A stretch of DNA of 62,124 nucleotides, filler included, from Platydemus manokwari (GCA_037951405.1; 5 parts of 5 records of this genome joined end to end with filler, not necessarily neighbours in it); one strand, 5' to 3'. Counted from the whole stretch's first letter, positions 11,901-27,516 are shown. Notes: generated by a model from the sequence alone, not told the origin. Made by a program: numbers and translations.

Positions 11901-14900
11901 ACTCTGAATGCAAAAGATTGAAAAATAACTCTTGAATAGAATAACCAAAAATTAGCAATGATCATATCAATTCAATTTATTAAAAAATACTCCTTTTTAA
12001 AATTTATTTTAGACAATCAAATTTTTGGAGAAATAACTGAAGTGATCATAAAAACGGCTTCATTGATCGAAAGGTGAATAAATGCCATGGTATTCAATAA
12101 TTATAAATACATATAGAAAAAAAATATTTATTATAATTTCCCGTATTTCACTGACTAGATCTTGATTGCAAGGAGAATAAAGGTTACGAACATGATAACT
12201 TGGAACCAAATGAATTTAAACCAACTGGTATGTGATAGAATGAATAAATCAGCCACTGAATGAATTATGGAATAATGAAATCGAGTAGAAAAGGAGTAAA
12301 AAGATTAAGAAATCGATGAATCTTTTAATTACTTGTTACGATTGGCAAATGTTTAATCACCAGATTCCTAAATGCCCATATAAAAACTAAAGAAGACTTC
12401 TCTTCAGGTCGATTCATAATCGGCAAATAAAATATTTCCATCAGATTAAAAAAAATCAATATCAGCTCAAACAAGCATTTTTTAAAAAAGAATTTTACAT
12501 AAGAAAATCAATTAATGAAATATTTTAATAATTTTTATCTAACTTGTGCGGCATAATCTTGAGTTCATCAGAAGGTTTCTCCAACAATTCCAAATATCGC
12601 TCCTCGAGCACAACCGTTTTACCGAAATCATATGAACCATAAACAACAGATTCATCGTGTTCTTTTTCTAGAATTCCCGGAATAAGTGTTTGAGCGGTGA
12701 CTCTATAACCACAAAAATCAATAACAGCTGTGCCTAGAGTGCATAATCCAGGTATGTCGAGTGAAGAATACGCCCGAACACCATTCAAATCATTCATGTT
12801 TGCAGCATAAGCCGCTGCATCACCACCGAAATCTTTGTAATGATCTTTAATGTCAAATCCCAAAGCAAAAAAGATATTATTCCAAATGAACATTTGCTGC
12901 TTCTTGCATTCGCCAGGATTAATGGCCATGATGTTACCACGCAACACATTCATGGCAGCCCTTGTAGCAGCAGTCACAAAATCACTATTGGTTTTGAAAA
13001 TGGATTTCTCACGATTTACTCGATCAACAAGCTTTTCTCGGGGCAATTCACGTGTGTTTTGCATTTCATCATTCCAATCTCGTGTTTGACCGGGAAGATG
13101 TTCTTCGTAGGCCATTTTTGAGCAAAAAGCTAGTGACAATGATATACAAATCTTATTAACAAAAGAGATCCAAACCTTCTTCTTTCCTAATCGAATCAAG
13201 GCTATGTTCAAGAACTGGACTAAGCCAAGAATAAACTTGATAAGGAGTTGGAATTCTTTCGAAAGCGTGTCGTGAAGATCGCCTTTTCAATAAAGAATCA
13301 TAATTCCTTTTAAAAAGTGCACTAGCTTGTTTCAATAAATCGATGATAGAATGTGAAAGATAAGGATGTGTAGCAGGTTTTGGATTGAATACATGGTCCG
13401 TTGACCTATAAGTGTGTTTGAATGCTAATAGTTATTCGAACTTTCAAAAAACACAAACTGATTAACGTAGAATCCTTTCGAGCAACCAGTAATATGAATT
13501 CTCTTATCCTCTAATGTATGTATGTACAAATAGACCAAATCACCATGAAGCATTCTGTAACTTGGTGGTGGATTCCAATTACTATAATTCAATGATACCA
13601 AGCAGCTATTGGGTTTTATTTCATTCTCAATGGGGTGTAAAAACGTTAAAGCGGGTCCATTCAAATGAGAATTTGTAACACCATTGATAGTATTACACAT
13701 GGTAGGTAAAATATGTTCCGGTGGTTGTGAATCTAATGAGTCGCCAGCATGAGGACTTTTTGCATCTAGAAACGTTGAAATGAATTTTGACGATATAAAA
13801 TAACGTTCATAGATAAATAGATTGAAATTTTATCTCTAATAATATGGAAATTAAATAATTAACACCATGTGAAACTCAAGATAAGTTGGAAATATCCATT
13901 TCAGAATTGATGTTTATTTCTAGTTTTTCTCTTATTATCATTAACACTATAATTACCGACATGTTTTGTATATTCACAAAATAATTGACAACAAAAACAA
14001 AGCAGTTTTAAGGACATTCATTATAAATTAGGACCATAATCTTAATACAAAACAACTTTTACAATTAAAGTATGGGCATTCCGTCATATTGTTTTACAAC
14101 TCCAGAAAACAAATCGAAACTCTTTGATTGTTTATTGGTCGGAAAGATTAATGGTAATATCAAAATCGATATATAATAAAACCTTTTAAACCCTCTTCAC
14201 TAATAAGTGGCATTATATATTTCGAGCAAAGCATTATTTTTAATAAAATTATTTACAATAAGGAATATATTAGAAACTCTTAAATAATAACGAAAAAGTA
14301 AATATTCGAGCTTCAAACACACCACAACAGAATTTATGTTTTAATTCAACAAATGGTGATGACTTCAAATGATTGTGATAAAAAAATAGTCACTACAAAT
14401 GTTTAGAATATTTTGATATCATTATGGAGACTTTATATTTATCGATAGAATGAATATCCTATTGATATCGAAAATTATGCAATCAAGACTCAATTACATA
14501 ACTTCAATTGATTGACGAAAAATTAAAATTTTATGTGATAATTATTTCTATTTTATTGCTGAAAAACTTGTTGGTAGAGATTTTAATAATTGCTCCTGAG
14601 AAAACTTGGATTTATATTACAAAAAATTGCGGCACATTTATGTTATGAAAACAGTCATGCCACACCGCATAATTGACACATTGTGATCCAATCATTTTAC
14701 AGAGATTTCCATGACAACATTATAGAAAATAAGTCATTCTTTGAAATAATATTTTTTCAAAAATAATGGAATCCGCTTAAATAATTATTTTCAGCTAATT
14801 TTTATATGCCTCATAAATAATAACTCATAATAAAACCATATAGTGGAGCAAGCTAAATATTAAATAATATCGATTGGAAAAATCTGATAAATTGGATTCT

Positions 14901-15973
14901 TAGGATAATTTTACTATCGTTTTTTGTTCAATTAAATAACTTTGCGACCTATTGACATTGATTTCGTAACTCTATGGGGTAATATATGAGCTTGTTTAAT
15001 GATGCTATTGTAATTTTTTCCCATATTGAGACTGAAATCTGTTAATCATTGATATCGAGTAATTTTAGATATGAAAAACGATTAACAAAACATTCACAAT
15101 AACAATTAATGACATTTTTTGGGAATCATAAAACAAATTATCATTGCGTCATCACAATTGCATAATTATTAAATAAGAACTAACTGTACAAATTTAATTT
15201 TAAAATAATTCCAGTGCTAACATAAATGACCTACAATATATTTATTATTAAAATGGCCCTTCTATGTTCAGCAAACATAAATTGTCATTAAAATACAAAA
15301 TCAATAATAAAAAAACATGTTGATTATCAACTTATTTAACTGAAAACTAATTTAATTCAAATTTAGAATAAATTATTGCTTAATCATCATACAATAAAAA
15401 TATATAAATGAAACTGTAATGGTTGAGATTGAAATCTACAACTTACCAGAAAGAATTCCATCGGTAATAATATTCACAAACGACAGAGACATTTGATCTC
15501 GGCCTAGATAGGCATCAGCTAATTCAACAGATCTTAACAAATCATGAACATGTTTTATGTGGAATTTAGCTTCTCGAACATTGTATAATTCTGATCAAAT
15601 TAATTAATACTTTTAAAATCAATTCTTCTGCTAAATACCTTCGACAACGTACACTTCAACATTGTCTTCTAAATCGGGAATCAGTTTCAGTTCAGCAAAA
15701 TTGTCAAGTGTTTTATTATTGAGCTTCAAAGAAAAGCACGTTCGATGACATGTTTCTTCTCTATCAGTCAGAATGAAATGTATTTCCTGAACCAATTCCA
15801 AAGAATCAACCTAGAATCATAAGCAATAATAGATGTGTTTAACGCAACGAATTTACTTGTAAATCGAAAGATTCACCATTAGGAAGATTGATTTTTATGA
15901 CTGAAAGAACCTTTTCTTCGCAATTATTTTCAACAATTTCATCTTTTGACGTATTGCTGTTGTTTTGAGACAT
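8945..15973 (-). CDS. CLUH: Clustered mitochondria protein (clueless/CLU), 3'-truncated at contig end
   Basis: Spliced exons 15973-15857, 15810-15639, 15590-15447, 13765-13459, 13405-13176, 13129-12544, 11903-11558, 11505-11403, 11352-11225, 11168-11020, 10971-10899, 9361-9200, 9151-9085, 9035-8945. Motifs [83 protein letters not shown] and MHQKGINTRYL. The TPR C-terminus is absent from the window. Confidence 0.95.
10731..10880. repeat. Degenerate (AAT)n microsatellite in a CLUH intron
   Basis: Runs of ATAATAATA with interruptions. Confidence 0.8.
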
Positions 15974-17220
15974 CTAAAAATTAACAATTTAAAATTTTGT
16001 CACGCGTGCAATTTAAATGGCGGCTCAATTCAAGTTTATTAATTTAAAATTTTGCTTTATTTAAAGACAAATTAAAAGATTTATTATCTCAACATAACTT
16101 AATTGTATTTACTTAAAAAAATAATTTTATTCAATATAGTTTAGATAATAAGAATAGTATTTTACTAAAATTAAGTTAATGAATCAAATTTTAGCTTGAT
16201 TTATATTATTATTTGTTTTCAAGCATTCGATTATTTTTGAAAATAACTATTCGAAATTATTCAAAATTATGTAATAAATTTTAATTATTAAAGTTGAAAT
16301 TTAATCACGGTTTAAATAATTTAAATGAAGATTGAAACATTAATTTGTATTTTTAATCAAAAATTCAAGATATTATGAAAATTCAATGTGTATACACTAT
16401 GGATAGTATAGCTCCATGTCTATATAACAAGAAAAATAATTTTTATTGATACTTACAAAATCTGATTTAATTTGTGTGAAACTGTTGTTTAATTTTCCCC
16501 GGGTACATTGGTGTCTGAATTCGATGATATTTTGTTCGTAGTTACCTTTGTCAAGGTAAAAGAATTTGGAATATCTCTGAAAAATTTCAATTTCAAAAGC
16601 AAAATTGAAATTCTTTTGAAATCAAGCCATAATAAATAGTGAATAAACTGCGAGTCATCTAATGTGTAGCAACATCAGATAACTGTCGATGAGCCATGTG
16701 ATATTTTTATTAATGATGAAAACGTTCAGAACGTTAAAGAATTCGATGTGTCTATAATAATGGAAATCAGTAATGAATATAAAGAATAAAAATCAACAAT
16801 TTCAGGAGTATAAGTAAATTCAGAAAACAAATTCCACGTATCAGTTGTTACAAAAGCTAATCTTGAGTTTGATGATAATTAGAAATACATTTTTGGAAGA
16901 TTTGATTAGAATTGATTAAGATTTACTATGGAAGATATTGAAGTGATAAATTTTGAAACAATCGATAGTTGTTTAACAGAGAAAATGAGTTAGTTTGAAT
17001 TTTTAGATATATGTTGCAAACGGTTTGAAGTGATTGGAAATGGAGAGTGTTTACCAATTTATGGAACAAAAAATAGAGGAAAATAGGTATTGCAGATTTT
17101 TAAGGAATTGACGACAACTTTTATTTAAAGAAAAATAAATTTAATTTAGTAATTTTAAAGTTCTCAGGTATTATGTCATTGTTCAGCTGTTTGATAATGT
17201 AAGTGAAACAAGTTATACAT

Positions 17221-18210
17221 CGTTAAGAAATTTTCACAAAATCAGAACAAATGTAGGTCCTAGTACCAACTTAATAAGGCAGTGGGAGGTTGGACTCTCC
17301 TTAACAAGTGATCATGAATCCGAGCAGAAAAACACAAATTAATTAAAATTAGTGCGAATTCAGGATACAAAAATAACATTTATCGGTTTACTGCACATTA
17401 CTTCAAGCAGGCCGGCATAAACACGGATGCGATTCGATTAAGACTGTTTTTTGTAGGATTTCGTGATCAGACAAGACACCTTGATTGCTTACATGAACAA
17501 GAAAAAAGGTTATCGAGCAGTAATTTTTCAAGAAAATCAAGCCGTTAACTGAGAAACAAATTTTCAGAAGAATATTTCAAGAATTTAAGCGTAAAATTAT
17601 TTGTGACAGTTGGTAATTTTTGTTCGTGTCGTAATAGCAGTTACGAGAACAGTAATACGGTCAGAAGTAGACCCTCGACTAGTATTTTTAATTTTGTATC
17701 AGGCCTTGATCCTCTTTTTAGTGACAAACTTATTTAAGGGCTCGGTCCTTAGAATTTAATTTTGTACTATGAGAGACCTTGTAAAATGTAAACATGAATC
17801 TTAGTGATCAACTTTTTTGTTTTTTATAATCAGGTAATAAATTTACTGGTATTATTTTGTTCTACATCAGCTAGATCCATTATTATTATTATTATTGATG
17901 CGTTTTGGGGTCACTCTCTTTTCTTGTTATTTTATTTGTTTGTTTTAATTGATTGAATCGATTCTACGACTTAATCAGTGCTCTGAGTCCGTTTTTGACC
18001 CTCAGGTAGCAGTGAAACCGTTTAATTATTGTTGTTCTTTCGCCTCGATGATCTCTTCTTATATGACGATAAGTGGATCGGCGTAGTAATCGATTTTGAT
18101 ATTTTAACTTTAACTTAATCCTACTAATTTTTTAATACTATTCACTTTTTCTCGGTCCTCGCTCGTATTTTAAATCAGTCTCTTTAAATTAATCAAAATT
18201 ATTCCCAATA
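17221..18210. mobile_element. Probable older, diverged solo LTR related to 552-1096
   Basis: Start CGTTAAGAAATTTTCACAAAATCAG...AGGTCCTAGTACCAA resembles TGTTAGGTATATCACAAATTAG...GGGTCGCAAGAACCAA. Internal TTGGTAATTTTTGT resembles TCGGTAACTTTTGT. It ends CCCAATA, a possible decayed AACA. There is no clean TSD and boundaries are approximate. Confidence 0.35.
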
Positions 18211-18394
18211 ACTGTAAAAGGGTGATGTATGACAATGACGATTGTGCTCAAATTGTGCTTTAAGAAATTTGTATTGTTACTACAGATATACAACTAGGTG
18301 ATTATAAATTACTACTGATACGGTACTACTATACGACTATGGTTATGAATTACTACAATATACACTTATGATTATAAATTACTACAGTATACAA

Positions 18395-18494
18395 NNNNNN
18401 NNNNNNNNNNNNNNNNNNNNNNNNNNNNNNNNNNNNNNTTAATTAATTAANNNNNNNNNNNNNNNNNNNNNNNNNNNNNNNNNNNNNNNNNNNN
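18395..18494. other. Artificial contig linker
   Basis: N44-TTAATTAATTAA-N44. Confidence 0.95.
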
Positions 18495-20083
18495 ATTAAT
18501 TTAAGAAAGTAATAATTTGATTAAGTTAAATTAAGATTGCCGTTCTTTTATTTAGAAATTTTATAAGAATTTTATTTTATTTATTTTATTGGGTACGTTT
18601 TGTGCCACTTATTTTATTAATTTTAAATTTTTTACTCAAATTTTTTGATGGAGTTGACCAAGACATTTTATAAGATTTGTTAATTCATGAAATATTAGAA
18701 TATTAATAATTTTTCTTAATTATGCATAAATAATAATTATTATTATAATAATGATAATAATAATGGTAATAATAATAATTAAAAGCTTCATCTGAAATTT
18801 CAAGATGAAATTTCTAAAACACTTTTATAAATCAACACACAATACAATGTTTTTTGATGTTTGTCAGATCATGGCCTTTAATAGATAATTTCAAATTGTT
18901 ACTTGTCCTCAAATCCAACATGAATATTAAGATCACAATAGCAGTATCAATATAATAACAAATAGTAATTGATAGTTCACATGCTAAATCTTGTCGCAAC
19001 AGGAATCAACCGTTTATTAGAATTGTTTGAATTCATTTTCGAATTCTGATTTATTTGTTTCCTTCTCCCATAGATACTACAATGTTGCTTATATATGCAC
19101 AAATTTGTGTACAAAAACTAGATTCCTCAAATTCATCAATAGCAGTTTTATTTGGGATTATCTTAACTAATATTGGGGAATGTAACTTTCTTGGCATTAT
19201 GTTTCGATACTTTCATATACTTACGTACCTAGAGAATCAATCAGTGTAGTATGACTAATTCAATATGGGGTAATATATGGCTACAACACATGCACGGGAA
19301 TTAACCAATCCGAGTTCTCATAAATCGATAGCTTCAATTGGATTGTTGTTAACGAGAATATCTGATAGAAGTTGAGCTGGCACAATACAAAAACCTTTAG
19401 TACTAATATTGAAGACAATCTGGAATATTCCCAGGTAAAGCCGAATAATGCAAAGTGAATTTCTTCATGTGAGGTTAATGACGACAAGCGCTGTGATTGA
19501 TCATAAGATTTATTCACAATTCCTGGGATATCTCAACAATACGTTAACATAACATTTTCTTGTAAGCCTATGGGTATTACTATTATTTTTATCAATCACT
19601 TGAGATATCATATTTTGTAGCAACATTGTCGGTTACCAAAATGAGAGGACATGAAATTAAGAAATATTTAACAAATACATATCGTTAGCAAATTTATTGA
19701 TTCACAATGTGTAACAATAGAAACATTATCCCGAATATCTTATCAACATTAATAAATTCTTTCATTATCAATGAAATTTTTAATAAAATTGTTTATGAAA
19801 ATGCCATAGACATAATCTTAACTTATAGATACATAACCAATTAAATACATCACAAATAATTATGTAAATATATAAAAGCTATGACTGAAAATAAATAAAT
19901 AAATAATCAACAGATTTTACGTTTTAAATGAATAACTGATACATCATGAACATTACAGATTGCTATATATGGGAATAACAGTATTAATTTATTACAATTT
20001 ATGGAGGGTGTTTAAGGGATAAAGCCTTACAAATTGTGTATGGAGAATTACAAAAAATGTAATTATCTATTTTGCCAGACGAA

Positions 20084-20219
20084 NNNNNNNNNNNNNNNNN
20101 NNNNNNNNNNNNNNNNNNNNNNNNNNNNNNNNNNNNNNNNNNNNNNNNNNNNNNNNNNNNNNNNNNNNNNNNNNNNNNNNNNNNNNNNNNNNNNNNNNNN
20201 NNNNNNNNNNNNNNNNNNN
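20084..20219. other. Scaffold N gap (136 N, no linker)
   Basis: Run of N only. Confidence 0.95.
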
Positions 20220-23200
20220 CATGTAATTAATATAAATCAAAAATTGAGATCACAATAATTATTAGATAATACGTGAATATATATTCCAATAATAACAAAT
20301 ATGTCGAAGGCTTACAACAAAAATTACAGGAAAAGAAATCTAGTTGAAAAGATTCCAACAATTCTCGAGCAAAAGATAATTATTTTTCCATGAATGTAAC
20401 GAATTATTTCGTAACCAATTAATTCTTTGAATTTAAACAAAAACAATTATTAAAATAACCAAATTCTAAAGCTTACCTTGAAAATTGAATTCGGTAACCA
20501 TTGGTAATTGCAGATTATTTTAGAATCGAGAAATCTTTCATCAATATGCTGTCACAATAGATTTGCAAATGAAACCGAACAAGAATATAATTGTTATTTG
20601 ATCGGTGAATTGATACGGATTGATTCGATTCATTCAAATCACAATCGTTATCGTTTTATTGAATCTATAACTGTGATATTCATTTATAAATATATCCATT
20701 TTCTGAACTTTAACCAATAAATTATGTTTCGATTTTGGAAAATTCAATGATGAATATCATTCTAATTTTCCATATCAATCTGCAGACAAATCCCCCAGCT
20801 ATTTTCAATTAATCTTACGATATATGATAACAATTAAATTTTCAGGAACGTAATTCAATTGATTCACGTTTTTCTACCAAAATTTGGTTCATATGTTGAT
20901 TTGTGTTGTATTTGCCTATTGTATCTCGTTGAGAGAACAAGAATATTCCATATTTCGAATCTGATTTATAATTTCATATTAAACTGTAGATTTGTAGAGA
21001 AATATATAAATAAACGATTTAATTGAAAATATTGAATCTTTTAAAATCGATATTAGAATACTATTTAGAGTTATTGTTTTTAATAATACTTGATATTTCT
21101 AATTCTTCAATATAAAAGTAGAAAAACTTAATTTTTATGACAATTCTTTACACGAGAAACATTGTATTTGTATCTATTTCAGTACCATTGTTTATTAAAA
21201 CAATGATTTACCGGATTGAAAACCTTCAGTCTCTAGCATAGATTTATTTCAACAAACCAATGAATTTAAACAAATCCATTTAATAAATAAAACAAGTCAT
21301 CATTCTGTGTGTTAATGAATAATTCATTCAAAAATATTCTCCATCTTGTTTTAGTTAAGAAATAAAGCTGATTAAACAACGATAAAAGAATAAAAATAAG
21401 ATAAAAATAAAAATATGAGACAATTAAGTGATGATATTTAGTAAAGTGAGAGCTTAATTTAGCTTTTTATAAAGTACAACTGCAATAATCTATAATCGTT
21501 AATAAATTTCGAAACGAGGATTATGTCCAGTTTCAACTATCAACTCAGTCACTCGTTTTGGTTTTATTAACAAATATCGTAACAAGTGGCGTGATTACTG
21601 CTACTTCTACTCTAACAATACAACAATTACAGTAACATGTTGTCGTGTAAAATAATAAAATGTTAAACATAATTTCTTTATTTTGATCTCTGAAAAGACT
21701 GAGATTTTGAAGATATGATTATTATTTAGCCAATAATTTTCTGTATCGTATTACTGTGTTACACAGACTCTTTAAAACGTTCTTTTTTATTTATTCAATC
21801 TACAATACGAATCATTATGGTGTGTAAATGTATGAAATTAAGCTTATTGTTACTCTTGCTTATTCATCTCGAGAACCATTCACGTCATCTATTATTAAAT
21901 AAGTTTATAAGTTTATTCCAATTAATATTATTCTGGAGGACTGGTAAATTGCAGGACTTTTGAATGGACTTCAATACATTATGTGTAAGGTATTGTATGA
22001 CTATTGCTGGTAAAGTATCATTTGATAAAATTAATAGACATTTCCATTTAAAACTTTAAGAACTCACGATACGCTGTGTTAGATGATGTTGAATGGAAGA
22101 TGAAAAGTAAAAAATAAAAAAGGATATTTCCAAAATGATTCTAAAAATATTGTTTGCGAAACGAAATTCTTTTATCATATCAATATTATCTACAGAGAAG
22201 TGCAATTTAGTAAATAGTTTTATTAATTTTAACTATTTTAATTTTTGAGTACAGTTTTCAGTAGAATAAAAAGTAGCTAAGATAGAAATTTCAGAACAAC
22301 TGATTGAGAAGAAAATAGCTATCACATAATAGCAGTAGTACAAACACTACAAGTCTTCTTATATTGACTAACTGGCATTGTCGAACTATTAAATGAAAAA
22401 ATAATGACATAATTTTTCATAAAAATGGGGTCTCAACCCTCAATAATTCAAAACCAAATATTTATCGGATTATTTATCCGAGGAAGATCCTTATTGAAAA
22501 TCAATGACTTCGGGACAAAGGTAGAAATTATTATTAAAGATTATGTACAAAGAAAACTCAGCGGATGAATGTCCCGAATAAATATAAACAACTAGTAAAA
22601 TAGACGTGCTTGACATTCCAGGAAAAATTTCAAAAATACAACTGTTTTTTCTTTAGTAAGATTTTGGTGTTTATTTAGAGTGTATTAATAGCATTGTATA
22701 ACTAACACAGTTACTGTTGTAAGCCGCTAGTCATTGACAAAACAAACTGAAAGGTCACACACAAAATTAAATTTTAGGTATAATTATTGAAACAAATTAA
22801 AGAACATCAACATCACAGTTTTAAGAGCTTCATTACAGTGTTGTAGCTATGTACATGTGTATGTGTGTGCGTTGTGTATATCGGCAATGTATTTGATACT
22901 ACCATTCATTATCGTCGAATATTTGCTGTTTAATTAACTTTAAACCAAGAATACATTTCAGTGAAAATCCTCCCAAAAATCGCACCGGTAGAATACCCAA
23001 TCAAGAACTGTAAGATAAAAATGGATTCCAATATATCTCCACAGTTTTTTTATTATTATAAATTTTTAGGTCGAGTTTTAGAAATATATTTTAGAAATAT
23101 AGTAGAAGTCATGGTAATTAAGGATTAATCCGAAAAATACCTATCACCATGACGTCCAATTAAACTACTCGTTTTCAGATTCATTTTATTTATAAATGTC

Positions 23201-26200
23201 TGAATGATGAACTGTAAGTGTCTTTCATATTTACAAGGCAAACCGATGGAGTTTTCTTATTTAATATCAAGACTGATAGAACAAAAGTCCAACAATCTAT
23301 TTCATTCATTCTAAATTTGAAGTGTGTTTCTGCAAAAATGAAAAATAATCCTTTCAAATAGAATTTCGTTGAAAATCCTTTCTTCAAACAAACCGAAAAT
23401 TATTTCATGTTTTCCTTTCAGATGGTTGAGAGAATTTCTATAATTAAATTGCACACACACACACAGCATTTATATACAAAATTCAATATTTTATATTTGT
23501 ATTTAAAAAACCGCTGAGAAATTAATTTGAAAACGAATCGAACTGTCTGGCTTCCGGGAATAAGATTGGAAAAAAAGTTATTCAACTAAATTAACAAGTT
23601 TCTCACAGATGAACACTCGATCTATAAAAGACAAAACATGAGTTTTTTAGATTTAAATCTCAATCTTATAAATATCTGGCTTAAATTTCGAGAATGTCCT
23701 TAATATGTGAGAGTTGCCTGATTTGGGTCTGTGAGTCTCTGTGTGATCAAGATATTAAAATAATCTCCACAGATTTATTCATTGTGCTAAATATTTCCAA
23801 ACTAAACTCGTCGATTCAAAGGTAAACAGCTGTGAATGAATTTTACTTGGATGGGATGAGGAAACAAGCGAGTGTGGGGATGAATTAAACCATTTATTGG
23901 GTTCAATTTTATGATGAATGTTTTGGAAATCAAGTATCACATAAACGGAATATCAATTAGTAGAACATATTCACTATTTCTAGGATAATTATCAATAAGA
24001 AAAAGTGGAGATAATGGGTCACAATTATTTTAAACGTTTTAAAAATTGAGCTTATAATTTTCTCATCACTCAAATTTATGGACTATTAAATATTGTTATC
24101 ATTTTACCAATATCATTACTTAACAATACCCATACACTGCATTTTTATCAAACATATTGACGAATCTTATATTAAATCGAGAATGTATGCTTCCACTATC
24201 TTCCCAAAAAGATCCATTAAAATACAATAAAGACCTATGTATTATTAGTAATTATCATTTTAATACAGCTTTGTAAGTAGCTAATCAAAATAACGACCCA
24301 TCAAATTTAATAACTGATAAAGAATTCCTTGGTTCTGCTCTCATCAATTCTATAAATGTCCTAAATCTTGTCATTTCCTTTATCAAACAATAACGTAAAA
24401 TCAGCGAAAATCAAACCCAAAAAAGCCAAAATAACTGATTTATCATTCGTTTTCGATTTCAGTCTTGAAAACGTAAAAGAGATTTGAAATATAAAGTACA
24501 AAATAATATTGGTAACCCGGTTTAGCGACTGGATTAATTTTATCACAGACAATTTCTTTGTACCAACAAATAATATAAAACTATCGAACCGATGGTGGCT
24601 TTTCTCAAGATTATCTGTTGTGTAAATTATCTTCATTTTTCCAATCGATTCGAAAAGATTGTTGAGCTTTTGTAATAATTGTAAAAAAAATCTATATATG
24701 GCAACTCTTTTGAAAATATTTTATTTCGAGAATAAAGTTTGATTTTTTGGTTGATTAATTATCTGGTTTTTCGAATCAAAAGAGAATATTTTCATTGCCA
24801 CAAAACAGAAAACGATGATTCTTATGACAGGATTAAATGACAGAGATAGAATGGACGACATTTGTAATTAAAGAGTATAAATTCCAAATGTTATCTTTTC
24901 AGAAATTGAATGAGAGAAAAATTTCGGAGGATAAATAATTGTGACGAATTATTGTAATGAAATAATGTGGCAGCTTTTATTATTTATACAATGGTGCAAC
25001 ATAATTGGTACCAATAATAAATTTATTGAAATAATATGCGCAATTATTCAAAGTCACTACTATTTTAAAATAAAATTAACTGGAAAGTGACACACAAAAT
25101 TATATTTCATTACAATGATTTAAACAAATTAATGTTTCTCAATCTTTTATATATTACTACTTGAACATGTATGTAGAGTTTTCTAAATTAAGATTTCTAT
25201 ATCTTCCCAATACTTTATATTTTCTTTATAACTTCTCTTAATCTTCGCTATGTTTAATTTATATTTTCTTTATATTTTCTTTACATATTTTCTATATCCT
25301 TTCTACGACTTCCTTTTTTTTCTTATACTTTCATGTCAAAGACTTTCACAGAATCCAATACAAACGCCTAGTTGCTATGTCAACCGCTATAATTTAATAA
25401 AGAACGCATGGAAAACGAAGCGGAAGTTAAATTTAACTACAATTATCTAAAATTACTATTTTATAAAATCTGATTTTAAAATCCTCCTAATTATAATAAT
25501 ATTAAAAACTTCTGTTTAATAATAATATTAATAATACAAAAGATAATATTAATAATCGAATAATGAAGATTTTAAACAAAACACATACTATGATTAACAT
25601 TCAGGTTCAATTTTATCACACAATGATTATTCATGATATAATATTTTTAATAATAATAATTTTTATAAATAATAACAATGTGACTATTAATAAATCACAA
25701 TGGGAATAATAATAATTTCTATATTTGATATTAATTACTAAAATAATAATAGTGTATAGTGAACTGTTTAATTTAATGGTTGGCCTAAGATCATGCATGA
25801 CAAGAAAGAAATAAACCTCTTTCCAATAAAAATATTAAATCAAATATAAAGATGAGAGCTTTGTATGGGAATTCAATGTCAATTGATAGAAATAAATATA
25901 CATAGATTAAGCACGAAAGAAGTTATAATGACAACATAATATGATAATTAAAGACGTTTAATACACTACAAAAATCTAAATTTGTTTTAAAATTATACTG
26001 GAAAATGTGGTAATTTTTGAAATAATTATTTTTGAAAAATTATAATTTAATGCAAATGTACGAGTGGTGTCCATGTGAAAGAGGTGATTGATAACTGACA
26101 TTTAAATGGTACCTGTTAGTTTCCAAAATTTCTTGATATTCAAATCAAAAGTCATGTTTACAACAGAATAAAAAATCTATTCGTCAATAAATCAATTTTC

Positions 26201-27516
26201 AATTAAATTTTAAATATTAAATTTATTTCCATCTGATTTATTTTCATTTGCAATTTAAATAAAAATGCCCACAATTTTATATTACATCTTGTTGTGTTGA
26301 AAAGATTTAAATTTTACTTTTAATAATTTAAATAATTTTAGTAATTTAAAAATTGAGAGTTTAACAGTATTTTTTAAACAATATCCTTTTCAAAATATTA
26401 ATATTTATTTTTAATATATATTTTTAAAAATATCTTTTAACTAAAATTTTTATAATTTTGATTTTATGTAAATTTTAATAATCTATCATATGTTTAAATA
26501 AAGCTCACAGTAACATTATCAATGACAAACTAATGATAATTATGGGATGATATTTAGTAAAACTTGAATACGTAAAAAATTAAAAAATGAAATTGGTATT
26601 TAAGTTGTTTGTAAAAAAGATGTGATTTCGATTTCCAAATATAATTTAATTTTATTTTATTTTATTCTGTCCATAAAATAAATGATACACTCTATGAGTG
26701 ACATAAGAGAATGGGGATTGGGTATGAACATTTGGTTAGTAGCTGTTGAAATGATAGTCAGCTTATAAATCCGTACGATTAATATGGAATTCATTCGTAT
26801 ATATTTTTAGATGAAAACATATGATATTGAGCAAATAAAATATGGATCAATCTTTTACTGAACAATTCATAGGACGGTGGTCATTTATATTTTTGCAGTC
26901 ACATTCCCCTGTTATTTAGATCTGGTGATAATCCAGTTAAAAATAAGCACAGAAAAAATAACCACAAGGATAATAAATAAAACACCAAACGTAGATATAT
27001 ACAAACATCAACAATAATAAAATTATAATAGCATAATAAATAATATTGGAAACAAAATCTTCACATACACTTTCAATTTTTTCTTGTTATTGAATTATGT
27101 ATAAATTCTGTATAATTATAGTATTATTCATTCGTTTTATTTTATCAACTTATTTTATAAATACTTTCGACTCCGTACTCTCTTGGAGTCTGAGCGAATT
27201 TCTGATAGTCTCTCATTTTTATTTTTACCGATACTATGTTCTTCTATAGATTATTGAGCATCGATAGTTACAAAATTAGTTTCAAAATCTTGGTCGGCAT
27301 GTTATGTTCTGATATTTTATTATATTCCCATTGAAAAACAATTAAGAAATTCAACCCCTAAAGTATATTTGACAACAGAATTATAGTATATTTTTGTATG
27401 TCATTTTAAATGTTATTCTAGTATTTAAAATTTTTTATTAAAGCTTTATTGATTGTGAGGATTTATTAAAATAATTAAAAATATTTTTATAATGTTATTA
27501 AAAAAAATGTTATAAT

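Noticed and set aside
12840-13121. Plus-strand ORFs 12840-13121 and 12850-13089 (also 5999-6217, 9108-9371, 28945-29133)
   Set aside because: These are antisense shadows of real CLUH, IFT46 or GT31 exons.
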